A stretch of DNA of 64,000 nucleotides, taken from IMG/VR virus record IMGVR_UViG_3300020220_000040, positions 4,541 through 68,540 of that record; one strand, given 5' to 3'. Each line of letters opens with the position of its first letter. Position 1 is the stretch's first letter. The notes under the pieces were generated by a model that was given only the letters and a program-made list of their open reading frames with translations, ran no database searches and had not been told where the DNA came from. The stretch comes from a virus. Both the position numbers and the translations under genes were made by a program. Of the stretch, positions 17,677 to 27,385 are shown in pieces.

Positions 17677-19473
17677 ATGGAGCGCAAGCAGGCCCGCGCC
17701 GATGTGGCCCACATCCGACAGACGACACAGTTCACCTGCTGTGCCGCGTCGATTGCTGCGGCTCTGAAGGCTCACGGGAAGAACGTCTCCGAGGATGACG
17801 TCAACAAGGTGCTCGGGGCGGCTCCGATGGCCGGAGCCACCTGGGAGGCCATGCTCGCCACGGTCCAGTACTTCGGGTGCCGGGGTAGCCTCGTCGTTCC
17901 GTCCACCCCTCGGATGCTGAAGGGCTGGACGGACCAAGGGCTTCCCGTCCTCATCGCGTGGAACCCCGAGAACCGTCCCTGGTCCCACGCCTCGGTGGTG
18001 TTCGACGTGGTGGAAGGGGCGGACGGTGTGCTCCACGTTCACGTCATGGACCCGAACATCCCGAACCCCTCTCGCCACGTCCGCGTTCTCGACGAGGACG
18101 AGTTCTGTCAGAAGTGGGGCGAGAAGGTCAGCGACACCCTCATCGTCCGTCGTCCCGCGATGGTGGTCGAGCGCGAGGTCACGGTCGAAGGTCGTCAGGT
18201 CAAGGCATCCACTCGCCAGAAGGAAGCCGAGGCCCACGACTGCTACAAGGACTACCAGAACGGTGGGATGACCTGGGAGGAGTACCAGAACTGCCTCAAG
18301 CGGTTCAAGAACGAGGACAGCCGCCCTCGTTACCCCACCAAGGCCAAGACACCGGTGCCCGCCGACTACTACAAGAGGGCCCGCCGCCTGCTGTTGGCCT
18401 TGTGGTTCACGGCCGACAACGGGCGCAAGTTCGTCAAGGACAACCTGTACGCTCGTGAACTGACGGACGCCCAGCACCAGTGGTTCGGCGGTCTGGAGCA
18501 GAAGTACAGCCGGGTCATGGCCGAGTTGCCCGACGACCCGAACCTGTCCTTCGGGACGGACGGGTCGTTGTTCCTGGGTCTGGCGGGGCTGTCCGATGGG
18601 GACAAGTCCAAGATCCAGAGGCGCTTCGACTTCAGGCCCGAGCGGAACGAGTGGGTGTTGTACCCCAAGGGGTCCTTGCCCGTGGCGGCTCCGCCAGAGC
18701 CGGAGCGTGCTTCCGTGGACCCGGGCCGCCAGGCCCAGATGCTTGCGGCTCTCGACACCCTCATCAACCGCACGAACAGCGGGATGCTGAAGGGGTTCAA
18801 GCGGGACCTCGAGATGGGCAAGGGGCTCACCGAGGACCAGTTGAAGGTCATCCGGCACAACCTCTACAAGAGCGGCATGCGTCCGGAGGCGGAACTGTTC
18901 CGCACGGCTTCGCTCGTGGAAGCGGGGTCGCGTGAGGTCGAGCGGCTGGGGACCCTCCGAGCCTTCTGGTTGTTCAACTCGCCTCGGCAGCGCGTATACG
19001 GGATTCTCGACTCGAACATCGAGGGAGACCCCGAAGTCGGAACGATCGCCTGGAACCGCAGGTCGGATACCTGGGAAGTCACGCAGTGGCTGGACACCGA
19101 CCAGAACTACAAGCGTCCCCTGGGTTCGTTCACGGCTTCTGACGCCCGAGAGGGTGTGAAGCGTGCGCTTCTCACCTTCCAAGACCAGCGCGTGAAGTCG
19201 CAACAGGAGTTCCCCGTGTCCAAGACTGCCAAGGCTCCGACCCCCGTGGTCGAGAAGAAGGATCGCAACAAGCTCACCGTCGAGGGTCCCTCTCGTCGAA
19301 ACCCCATCGTTCAGCAGATGATCGAGCGTGGGCCGGGCGGAGCCGGGAAGCACCACACCCGGGAACGGGACGTGGAGAAGGGCAAGAGCCGCAAGGACAA
19401 GCACAAGAAGCCGTGGGGGGACAAGGAGGCCGCTTCCCGAGTGGCTGACCGATACCTCGCGGAACAGGAGTGA
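17677..19473 (+). CDS. Mosaic protein with N-terminal C39-like cysteine peptidase domain; putative virion protein
   Basis: RQTTQFTCCAAS...HASVV...MDP catalytic pattern; ends ASRVADRYLAEQE; preceded by the late-promoter motif at 17631. Confidence 0.7.
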   Translation: MERKQARADVAHIRQTTQFTCCAASIAAALKAHGKNVSEDDVNKVLGAAPMAGATWEAMLATVQYFGCRGSLVVPSTPRMLKGWTDQGLPVLIAWNPENRPWSHASVVFDVVEGADGVLHVHVMDPNIPNPSRHVRVLDEDEFCQKWGEKVSDTLIVRRPAMVVEREVTVEGRQVKASTRQKEAEAHDCYKDYQNGGMTWEEYQNCLKRFKNEDSRPRYPTKAKTPVPADYYKRARRLLLALWFTADNGRKFVKDNLYARELTDAQHQWFGGLEQKYSRVMAELPDDPNLSFGTDGSLFLGLAGLSDGDKSKIQRRFDFRPERNEWVLYPKGSLPVAAPPEPERASVDPGRQAQMLAALDTLINRTNSGMLKGFKRDLEMGKGLTEDQLKVIRHNLYKSGMRPEAELFRTASLVEAGSREVERLGTLRAFWLFNSPRQRVYGILDSNIEGDPEVGTIAWNRRSDTWEVTQWLDTDQNYKRPLGSFTASDAREGVKRALLTFQDQRVKSQQEFPVSKTAKAPTPVVEKKDRNKLTVEGPSRRNPIVQQMIERGPGGAGKHHTRERDVEKGKSRKDKHKKPWGDKEAASRVADRYLAEQE

Positions 19474-20816
19474 CCATGCCGACCCATGAAGCCAAGTTCC
19501 CCAAGGGCGAGAAGATGACCGTGGATGAGGTCGCGGCGGTGGTCGGCGACTCGTTCAAGGAGATGAACGAGAACCCACCCGAGTCCGTGTTGGAGGTTCG
19601 GGAGGAGATGGAGGGCAAGGTCGCCTCGGGCCGCAAGCTCTCCTGGCCGGACGGAGATCCGACGGCTCCCTGGACTCCGTGGGGTCCGGCCCAGTACGGC
19701 ACGGAGGTCACTCGAGGCGTCCGCAGCTACAGCACCGCCGGTCACGGTGGCATTGCGGTGGCACAGGGCGTGGCTCGCAAGATGCTCTCCCCGGCCGCCC
19801 TGAAGACCGCCCTGTTCCAGAACGGGTACTTCTGGTTCGAGGAGGACGTGGACGCCCAGATCGTCCTCTACGAGCGGCCCGAGTGGCTGCGGGTGCTCAA
19901 CCCGTCCTACTCGCACGACAAGGTCGTCCACAGCGTCGAGAACTCCTCGTACTTCAAGCGGTACATGGACATGAAGAACTCCGGTGTCCAGATGGCCCCG
20001 AAGGCGAAGGTGGGGGACCTGTTCACCGTGCTGAAGCCGATCCAATTCCAAGGGGGGACGAACATGAACCCCGGGGACAAGGTTCGCGTCGAGAAGCTGG
20101 GTGGGCAGAACATGGTCGTGTCGTTCGGCGGGCAGTTGTTCCGGCTGCCGGTCGCCTACTACATGGCCGATGACGCCCGACTCGCCCTGGAAACGGGCAA
20201 GGTCGCTCGTCAGCGTCTCACCTGGAAGCTGGCGGCCGAGGACACCCAGGTCGTTCCCGACTTCTCGAGCCGCGAAGCAGCCTCTGGGCTCTACGGGTTC
20301 AACAAGGCCACGGAGAACGCCTGTGAGTCCGCTTCGCGGAAGCTCGCGAAGGCGGCTCTTCGCATCGCCAAGGACGCCTTCGCCAAGGATGCCGAGGTGG
20401 TGCCCTTCCTCCAGGCTCATGTGAAGCGGGAGGGCTCTCGCTCGGCGAAGGTTCTTCTGGCGGCCATGAAGGAGATCGGCCCCAAGGTTGCCTCCGAGAT
20501 GCGGGGCGGTCGTCCCAAGGAAGCCGGCGAGGCGGTGTACGGCCTGTACGGCTTCAAGGCTCGGACGGCGGACCTGGGACTCCAAGCCTGCACGGAGATC
20601 CGGGCGGCTGCGGGTCGCATCGCGGCCGACCTCCATCACCGCAAGGCCGACTCCTACGAGAAGATCACGGGGTTCCTGAAGCAGCACTCCCGCGAAGGCA
20701 AGTCCGCCTACGCGGGGATGCTCCTGTCCTGCTACCCCGACGCCGAGATGCGCCTGGCCTCGACCCGTTCGGCCGCCCCCTCCTCGGTGGGTGGCTGGCT
20801 CGAGTGGGAAGACTAG
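19470..20816 (+). CDS. Mosaic hypothetical protein (DUF7007-like domain, two GLYGF repeats)
   Basis: TPWG...TAGHGGI...FEED; duplicated GLYGF.K/A.T...AC units. Confidence 0.65.
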   Translation: MTMPTHEAKFPKGEKMTVDEVAAVVGDSFKEMNENPPESVLEVREEMEGKVASGRKLSWPDGDPTAPWTPWGPAQYGTEVTRGVRSYSTAGHGGIAVAQGVARKMLSPAALKTALFQNGYFWFEEDVDAQIVLYERPEWLRVLNPSYSHDKVVHSVENSSYFKRYMDMKNSGVQMAPKAKVGDLFTVLKPIQFQGGTNMNPGDKVRVEKLGGQNMVVSFGGQLFRLPVAYYMADDARLALETGKVARQRLTWKLAAEDTQVVPDFSSREAASGLYGFNKATENACESASRKLAKAALRIAKDAFAKDAEVVPFLQAHVKREGSRSAKVLLAAMKEIGPKVASEMRGGRPKEAGEAVYGLYGFKARTADLGLQACTEIRAAAGRIAADLHHRKADSYEKITGFLKQHSREGKSAYAGMLLSCYPDAEMRLASTRSAAPSSVGGWLEWED

Positions 20817-20995
20817 GCTTCGGCCACGATGGGCAGCCGCCGGGTTGCCCATGCTTCGAGCACGTCCAAGGCGGGGAGCGTCCGGAAATACGCCTCGCCA
20901 CGGACGGGACCGAGCATCGCCAGACACAAGTTGTGTGCCCAGGTGTAGGCGGCGTTGAAGTCGGACATCGTCATGCGGATGGCTTTGCGGGTCAT
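20813..20995 (-). CDS. Hypothetical protein
   Basis: ATGA overlap with the upstream gene. Confidence 0.55.
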   Translation of the reverse strand: MTRKAIRMTMSDFNAAYTWAHNLCLAMLGPVRGEAYFRTLPALDVLEAWATRRLPIVAEA

Positions 20996-21468
20996 GTTCG
21001 CCTCTTTTGGGAGAACCCGACGCCTCCTGATCCAACATCCTGTTCCAAGCAGCGTAGCACCAAGTCGCGGATAGGTAGGGGGAGAGTGAGGATGCGGGGG
21101 AGGGCTTCGGGGCGGGGTTGGATGAGGTGCTGCTCTTGGAAGAAGTCGCCGAAGTCCTCGCCGAGGGCCGCACGGAGGGCAGCCACGTCGGCGTTCTTCG
21201 CGAGACGGGTGATCGGCTCGGGGGCCGACACGGTAGCCACCGAGGTCGTGCCTTCCAGCACGAGGGACGGTGAGCCCTTGAACTTGCCGGCGGCATCGGC
21301 ACGCAAGGTGTCCTTCACGCGGTCGAGTGCCTTCTTGGTGCTCGACAGGATGGACTGAAGGGTCTGGCCCGCCTCCACCCGCTCGGACGTGCTTGCAGTG
21401 TCGATCCCCCGCGTCAGGTCGCGGAGGATGCGCTCGATGTCGGAGAGTCCGCGATCAAAGTGGCTCAC
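20992..21468 (-). CDS. Hypothetical protein
   Basis: GTGA overlap at 21465-21468. Confidence 0.6.
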   Translation of the reverse strand: MSHFDRGLSDIERILRDLTRGIDTASTSERVEAGQTLQSILSSTKKALDRVKDTLRADAAGKFKGSPSLVLEGTTSVATVSAPEPITRLAKNADVAALRAALGEDFGDFFQEQHLIQPRPEALPRILTLPLPIRDLVLRCLEQDVGSGGVGFSQKRRT

Positions 21469-22373
21469 GTACACGTCTCGTGTCGAAGGCCCTTGCTGGG
21501 CACATGGATGGCGGCCTGGCCCTTGGGGATGGTGCCCTTGCACAAGTAGCACCTGGACTCGACCGTGGCGTTGATCTTCGTCCCCCGGTGCGGGTCCAGG
21601 GGCGGCTCGGCCTTGGCCTGGGTCGGGGAACTCTTCCCCGTCAGTTCGTTGAGGATGTCATCCAGGTCTTCGTCCTTGACCTGCGTGCGAGACGTGTCGG
21701 ACACCGTGGAAGCCGTGGAAGCCGCCTTGTTGGCTCGGAGGGCATCCGCTTCGTCCCGCTTGCGGAGACCTTCCCCGATCTTCGCGATCCGCATGATCTG
21801 GTGGGAGACGCACGATCCGGAGATCGGGCACGCCGAGCACACCGCCGAGGAGGCATCGTAGCCCCCGAAGCAGGGAGTCTTGCCGATGGCCAGCGACCGG
21901 ATGTAGGTGTCGCTCGCGTAGGTGTCGCTCGGGATGGTCGGATACAGGCAGTGGCCCGCCGTGTCGTCGGCCCACTGGGACACCGGCTCGGGGTCCGGCT
22001 CGGTCGGGATGGGTTCCTCCTCCGACACCAAGTCGGAGAGAACGTCGTCCTCGGCCGGAGACACCTCGGCCTGGATGTTCCCGCCCGTCAGGGCACGGAT
22101 GGCCTGCTCGCCCTCGGGCGTGATGGTCCACTTCCCGCGAACGTCGCCCTCCGAGAGGAGGCCGTCCTTGCGGAGAACCTGGGTGGCGAGCCACCGGGCG
22201 TTGTTCGCTCCCCGCTCCCGCTCGACGGGATCGGTCACGCCCATGTTGTCCAGCATCCGCTGGATGACCTCGCTCCCCTTGACGACGGTTCCCGCTGGGA
22301 GGCCGCCAAGGGTGCGAAGCAGGGGTTCACGGACGGTGTTGGGGGTCAGTGTTCGGGTCATGCGGTGCTCCAT
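21465..22373 (-). CDS. Mrr-N-like winged-helix protein with Cys-rich Zn sites
   Basis: LRKDGLL....RGKWTITPEG; CFG.Y.....CSAC....SC; CYLC...HETC. Confidence 0.6.
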   Translation of the reverse strand: MEHRMTRTLTPNTVREPLLRTLGGLPAGTVVKGSEVIQRMLDNMGVTDPVERERGANNARWLATQVLRKDGLLSEGDVRGKWTITPEGEQAIRALTGGNIQAEVSPAEDDVLSDLVSEEEPIPTEPDPEPVSQWADDTAGHCLYPTIPSDTYASDTYIRSLAIGKTPCFGGYDASSAVCSACPISGSCVSHQIMRIAKIGEGLRKRDEADALRANKAASTASTVSDTSRTQVKDEDLDDILNELTGKSSPTQAKAEPPLDPHRGTKINATVESRCYLCKGTIPKGQAAIHVPSKGLRHETCT

Positions 22374-22404
22374 CTGGTATACGCGGCAGCCCCGAAACCT
22401 GAAC

Positions 22405-23841
22405 CTACCCCATCGCATTCAGGTTGAGTTCGATGCCGAAACGCTCCCCGTTGTCGAGGGCGGCCTCCCCGGAGGGCGTGACCATGAACCCACCATCGCC
22501 GACACGACGGAGACGACCCGCACTCACCAGGGCGTCCATGACCGACGTGTCGATCCCTTCGACGAAGCTCGGGTCGAACGGGGACACGGCCGAGGTGTCG
22601 CCGCCCGCATCCTCCACCTGCTTCTCCCAGGCATCCCGGGCCTTCTCGATCAGGCCCGCGTGGATGTCATCGAGGGTCGAGCACGGCTCCTCGCGAAGGT
22701 ACTCCAACGCCTGCACCGCGTTGGCGGAGAACACCGTGGCCCGCTGAACAGCGGCACGGAGATCGGCCACGAGAGCCGCCGCCCGGTTGCGGGAGACACC
22801 CTCGGCCGCACCGATGTCCGCGAACCCCATGTCGTCGAGGGTCATCTGGTGGATGCGGAGGAACCGCTCCTTGGCTCCCGCCTTCTCGCGACGGATGGCG
22901 GCCTCGGTCAGGGCGATGCCCCGCTGTGCGGTGAGGCGGTGGATGATGTCGTCTTCCAGGTTGCCGCCCACCACGTCGAGGAGAGCCGCACTGGACCCCG
23001 AGCCCGAGACGTGAACGTCGTCCCGACCGTCTGCGTCCACCCCGAGGAACACACCCTGCGTTTCGGCGGGGAGGTTCGCTTCCTCGGTGATGCCGAGCCG
23101 GAGTTCCTTCTCGGTCCGTGCGCCCTTGAAGGAGCGGGTGAGAGCATCGCGCCCCTCGTCCCGGAACTGCGAGAGGGCCGACTTGTAGCACCACGAGCGG
23201 ATGTTCGACGGGCTCGGCTGGTTGCCCGCCGCGATCCGGGCACGGAGCCCGTTGCGGTTGATCAGGTTGAGCAGGTAGCCGTTCACGAGGTCGTGAAGCT
23301 CGTTGAAGTGAGCCGACCGAGCACAGGCGTACTGCAGGTGCGTGACGAGCTTCTGGAAGTAGGGCTGGTCGATGACGCGATCGACCCAAAACGCCGTGAC
23401 GTTCTGGCGTTCGCACCAGTCCCGAGCCTCCACCGAGGCCGCGATGCCCGTCGGAGTCAACGACCACGAACCCGACGCCACTTCCCGCACCAACCCCTCG
23501 TCCCGCAACATCCCGAGCCAACGCTCCGTGAGGTACGTCTCACGAGCGATGTCGCACGCCTCGAAGAACTCGGCGATCCCGTCGGGTTTCGAGAGGAACT
23601 TCCGCGAGGTGCTCGCCTTGGTCCCGAGCTTCGCGCTCTCGTCCCAGAAGGACTGGAGGTCCAGCCAGCCCGAAGGCGAAACCCCGTCCGGGCGGGCTTG
23701 AAGCCGATCCTCGAGTCGGGTGACCGAAGAAGCGATCTGGTCGGCGGTGACCGAGTTCGTTCCGCGATAGAGGGTGCGCTCTCCGACGACATGCAGGGTC
23801 GCCGTGTGCCACCCCCTCAGAACGAGGGAGTCGTGGGTCAT
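22405..23841 (-). CDS. Sigma-70-like factor flanked by winged-helix domains
   Basis: Region-2-like DLVNGYLL..IRSWCYKSALSQFRDEGR; region-4 HTH GFADIGAAEGVSRNRAAALV; wHTH ends WSLTPTG and FMVTPSG. Confidence 0.55.
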   Translation of the reverse strand: MTHDSLVLRGWHTATLHVVGERTLYRGTNSVTADQIASSVTRLEDRLQARPDGVSPSGWLDLQSFWDESAKLGTKASTSRKFLSKPDGIAEFFEACDIARETYLTERWLGMLRDEGLVREVASGSWSLTPTGIAASVEARDWCERQNVTAFWVDRVIDQPYFQKLVTHLQYACARSAHFNELHDLVNGYLLNLINRNGLRARIAAGNQPSPSNIRSWCYKSALSQFRDEGRDALTRSFKGARTEKELRLGITEEANLPAETQGVFLGVDADGRDDVHVSGSGSSAALLDVVGGNLEDDIIHRLTAQRGIALTEAAIRREKAGAKERFLRIHQMTLDDMGFADIGAAEGVSRNRAAALVADLRAAVQRATVFSANAVQALEYLREEPCSTLDDIHAGLIEKARDAWEKQVEDAGGDTSAVSPFDPSFVEGIDTSVMDALVSAGRLRRVGDGGFMVTPSGEAALDNGERFGIELNLNAMG

Positions 23842-23954
23842 GGGGTTCTCCGGGTAGCCTTCCGCCCCCAGAGGGGAGGTTGGCGCGGGGTCAGGGGGTC
23901 AGGGAGGTTGACCACGACATAGACAGGGTAGAGGTCGGGGGCGTGGTCGAATGG

Positions 23955-23983
23955 AGGATAAGAAGGGCACTTCCGCCTGTCAA
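23955..23983 (-). promoter_or_regulatory. Sigma70-type promoter
   Basis: TTGACA-17 bp-TATCCT pointing at gene 23841. Confidence 0.7.
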
Positions 23984-24157
23984 CTAGGGTTCACGAAAGT
24001 TCTCGTGAGCCACGTTTGAGCGTGAACTTTCGGGTTCACGGAAGCCCCAACGGCCTCGTGCCCTCACTACGCTGGAGGGCGCGCAACCTGAACCCGACGG
24101 TCGATAGTCCGTCTATCTCCCGGATCTGGTAGCCAAAGCTCTCGGGAGATCGACCTC

Positions 24158-25063
24158 ATGAACCGCACCCTGTTGGCCAGCCTCACCGTCAAGGTGGCCG
24201 AGAAGTCGATGGACATGCTGATCCGAGCGACCATCCTCGAAGGGGTTGCCGGAGTCCCCCGTGGGACGTGGATCGGCCGAGGCGACATGGGCGGCATCAC
24301 CCGGGCGTTCGAGAAGGCCCAGGAAACGCTCCCGGGGATGGACCTCCGCTGGGTTTCCCGAGGCGAAGTCGGTCTGCACCGTCTCCTCGAGGCCACCGTC
24401 GGGTCGCTGTTGCGGAAGTGGCCCGACGCGGTGGACGACGTGGTCATGCAGATCATGTCCAGCTTCGGAACGAAGTCGGCCGAGAGCGGGAACCTCTACA
24501 AGATCGGCCGGCTCATCTCCGACGAAGTTCGGTCGGGTTCCGATGTCAAGCATGCCGCGGGCATGCTCCGGGTGCTCGCGAAGTCGCGGGCGATGGACTA
24601 CCTCCGCCAGCGGAAGACCCGCCCCGAGGAATCGCTCTCCATGGAGACCGAGGACGGCGGGACGCGGGAGTTGGACATCGCCAACGAGGTGAACTCGGAC
24701 AAGCTCCTCGACATCCTGCTCGACCCTCGGAACGGTGCGATCCGCGACCACTACATCAACACCGCCGAGACGCTCTTCCGGGGTCGTCGCCAGCGGGAGG
24801 ACGGCTCCCCCAAGCCCATCGACATCGTGCGGTACTGGCTGGAGCACCCCGAGAAGAAGAACGTCGAGATCAGCAGGGACTTCGGCTTCTCGGTCTCCCA
24901 CGGAGCGGCCACCTACGTCGGCGGCATCCTCAAGGACGCCCAGAAGGCGTTCCTCCAGGCGGTCGAGAACAACCCCAAGATTCGGGGTGACGTGGAGATG
25001 GCCATGGAACTGGCCGGGCTCGGCTACGGCATCCGGGCTGCCAAGAAGAAGCAGGCCCAGTAG
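24158..25063 (+). CDS. Sigma-factor-like protein
   Basis: DAVDDVVMQ, LAKSRAMDYLRQRK, SLSMETEDG, HTH KNVEISRDFGFS; late-promoter motif at 24103. Confidence 0.5.
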   Translation: MNRTLLASLTVKVAEKSMDMLIRATILEGVAGVPRGTWIGRGDMGGITRAFEKAQETLPGMDLRWVSRGEVGLHRLLEATVGSLLRKWPDAVDDVVMQIMSSFGTKSAESGNLYKIGRLISDEVRSGSDVKHAAGMLRVLAKSRAMDYLRQRKTRPEESLSMETEDGGTRELDIANEVNSDKLLDILLDPRNGAIRDHYINTAETLFRGRRQREDGSPKPIDIVRYWLEHPEKKNVEISRDFGFSVSHGAATYVGGILKDAQKAFLQAVENNPKIRGDVEMAMELAGLGYGIRAAKKKQAQ

Positions 25064-25101
25064 GTTCAGGTCCGCACCTCCCCCGCGTACCAGGGGAGGA
25101 G

Positions 25102-25566
25102 GTGCTGGTGATCTTGTCCCCCGACCACTTCTTGATCGATGCTGACGGGATCTACTCGTGGTCCCCGTCACAGGCTGCGGCTGCGTGGGCCGCCACCGAG
25201 CGTCGGGTCAAGGAGTTCCTGGCGGACCCGAGGTACACGAAGCTCGTGCTCCTCGTAGGGGTTCCGGGAGCGGGGAAGTCCACCTGGCTTCAGCAGAACC
25301 AGGACCCGTACACCATCTACGTGGACGCCACGTTCACCCTCCAGAGGGCTCGTCAGCCGTTCCTCCTGGCGGCTCAGCAAGTGAGCAAGCAGGTGGAAGC
25401 TGTCCTCCTCGACACCTCCTTCGAGGAGTGCTGTCGGAGGAACGACCTCCGTTCGGACGACAGGAGGGTCCCGCTCGAGAAGCTGATCCGGTTCCGCGAT
25501 CAGCTTCTCTCGGAATCTCCGACCTTGGAGGAGGGGTTTACCAGGGTGGTTCGAGTTGGTCCTTGA
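25102..25566 (+). CDS. P-loop kinase (AAA_33/PNK-like)
   Basis: VLLVGVPGAGKSTW, DAT, C.RRN..R, P.LEEGF. Confidence 0.8.
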   Translation: MLVILSPDHFLIDADGIYSWSPSQAAAAWAATERRVKEFLADPRYTKLVLLVGVPGAGKSTWLQQNQDPYTIYVDATFTLQRARQPFLLAAQQVSKQVEAVLLDTSFEECCRRNDLRSDDRRVPLEKLIRFRDQLLSESPTLEEGFTRVVRVGP

Positions 25567-26056
25567 CCCCAAGGTTGAGGGGCCGTTAGCTTCCCGAAGT
25601 CGATCCTCTCCCCCTCTCGGGGAGGAGACGTTCTCGGATTCAGGTAGCCCACCTCCTGACCCTCCCTCGGACTCAGGAAAATGCGACCTGGAGGTCGAGA
25701 TCGGGGAAACCCGACAGGCAAGGAACTCCTGCGGATCGATCTCCCGAGTCTCGGGAACCCAACTGGAACTTACAAGGATTCACCTAACCTTTCGCAAGTA
25801 GGGTGCTTGAAGCCAGTCTGAACACTCAGGTAGGGCTTCTCGACCAGTTCTCTCGAACCCGTCCCCTTCTCTCCCGACCCCAGGGAGGTTGGAACAAGAG
25901 AGTAGGGACTTAGATGGATGTAGAGGGAGACCGAAGGTCGACCGATTTTGAAGTCGTCGTAGTCAAACGAAACCTCCTGCTACCTCCACCTGAATCCATC
26001 CGACGAGAATCCCAAGTAGTCGTCCCAGAGAGAGAACGAGTCCTCCAAGAGCTACG

Positions 26057-26491
26057 GTGTTCAGTCTATCCACCTCCTCGAGCAAGGAAGGTGGAGTAGT
26101 GTCCTACGGAAACCTGATCCCGAGGATCCTCTCGCCTGTTGAGGCTGAGACGGAACTCGCTGTTCCCTGCTGGTTGATCCTGGCTGGGGTGGCTCAACCC
26201 GTCTTCCCGAACCGAGATCGATCGACCCCGAGTCCTGTGGTCTTGATCTCGAGGGTGCGGTCACGTCTCCCCTCGAACTTCGACCTCCCTCTGACGGGGC
26301 TTCCCTACCCTGTGGACTGGAGGCAGTGGAGAACGGCTGTGGTTCCTGTTCTGGAGGACCCGATGTGGGATCCTCGGAACCCTGTGACCGCAGTTTCGAT
26401 CACCACCGGGTCCTCTCAAGAGATCCTCGCGCTGCTGGGTAGAGCCCTGAATGCCTCGTTCGTAGCGGCTGGTTGGGGACCTCAACCTTAG
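26057..26491 (+). CDS. Hypothetical protein
   Basis: ORF only; start uncertain. Confidence 0.4.
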   Translation: MFSLSTSSSKEGGVVSYGNLIPRILSPVEAETELAVPCWLILAGVAQPVFPNRDRSTPSPVVLISRVRSRLPSNFDLPLTGLPYPVDWRQWRTAVVPVLEDPMWDPRNPVTAVSITTGSSQEILALLGRALNASFVAAGWGPQP

Positions 26492-26538
26492 GGGGTTCGT
26501 CTCCCTGTTGAGACGAGTAGGGTAAGGACGGAGACAAC

Positions 26539-26742
26539 ATGTCGGACAAGCCCCCTAAGACTGCGCCTGTTCCGCCTCCTCCTCCACCTCCCAAGCGGGT
26601 TGTCTGGTTCGCGTGCCGAGCCACCCCGAAGTGTGAGGGGAAGGAGGCCACCATCGTCCGCCAGTTCGGGAGACCCGGACAGGGAAGCTCAACCCACTAC
26701 CGCTGCAACACTTGTAAGGGGACCTGGGTTGTCCAGCAGTAA
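26539..26742 (+). CDS. Small Zn-ribbon protein
   Basis: CRATPKC...YRCNTC; GGAG RBS. Confidence 0.65.
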   Translation: MSDKPPKTAPVPPPPPPPKRVVWFACRATPKCEGKEATIVRQFGRPGQGSSTHYRCNTCKGTWVVQQ

Positions 26743-27385
26743 GTCAGTTCCCTGTTACCTTTTCCACGGCCCGACCGCACAGGGAAAGGCTGCGTTTGCT
26801 GCGAGCGAGTGGGGAACGGTTCTCGGGTCGTTCGGAGATCCGAGGAACGGGCTCAACACGGAGACGGTTCGTGAGGCCGCCGAGATGCTGTCGGCTCCTG
26901 CGGTGGGGGATCGACCTGGGGCTGTTGTCGTAGGTCCCGTGGACATCCTGACCCACGGGGGAGCGATCGACTCGCTCCTCAAGGTCATCGAGGAGGCGCA
27001 CCCGAGGCTGCCTCGTCCGTTCCTGTGGGCGTGGGACGGGGGAGCGGTTCGAGCGACCATCCGTTCTCGGTGCCTGCTGGAGTGGTGTCCGGGCCAGGTG
27101 GTCCTGGACCGGAAGATGATCGAGGCCGCCAAGCTGGTGGTGGACTCCTCGCTGTCCGGTTCGACGGCGGGAGTGCTGGACTCGATGGCCGACCTGAAGA
27201 AGCAGGGCCAGGAGGCGAAGCGGGACTGGTCGTCTACGGCGGACGACTTCCTGGTGGCGGTGGCTCAAGTTCTGGCGGGACGGACGGGTCACACGCACCT
27301 GAAGCTGTGGTCGAAGGTGCGCCCGCTGATGGAGTCGTACTCGTCCCCGACCTACGGGGAGATTGTCGTGGGGTTCCTCCCATGA
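26729..27385 (+). CDS. DNA Pol III delta'-like clamp-loader subunit
   Basis: YLFHGP, DSLLKVIEE, TIRSRC; start (TTG) uncertain. Confidence 0.65.
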   Translation: MSSSKSVPCYLFHGPTAQGKAAFAASEWGTVLGSFGDPRNGLNTETVREAAEMLSAPAVGDRPGAVVVGPVDILTHGGAIDSLLKVIEEAHPRLPRPFLWAWDGGAVRATIRSRCLLEWCPGQVVLDRKMIEAAKLVVDSSLSGSTAGVLDSMADLKKQGQEAKRDWSSTADDFLVAVAQVLAGRTGHTHLKLWSKVRPLMESYSSPTYGEIVVGFLP

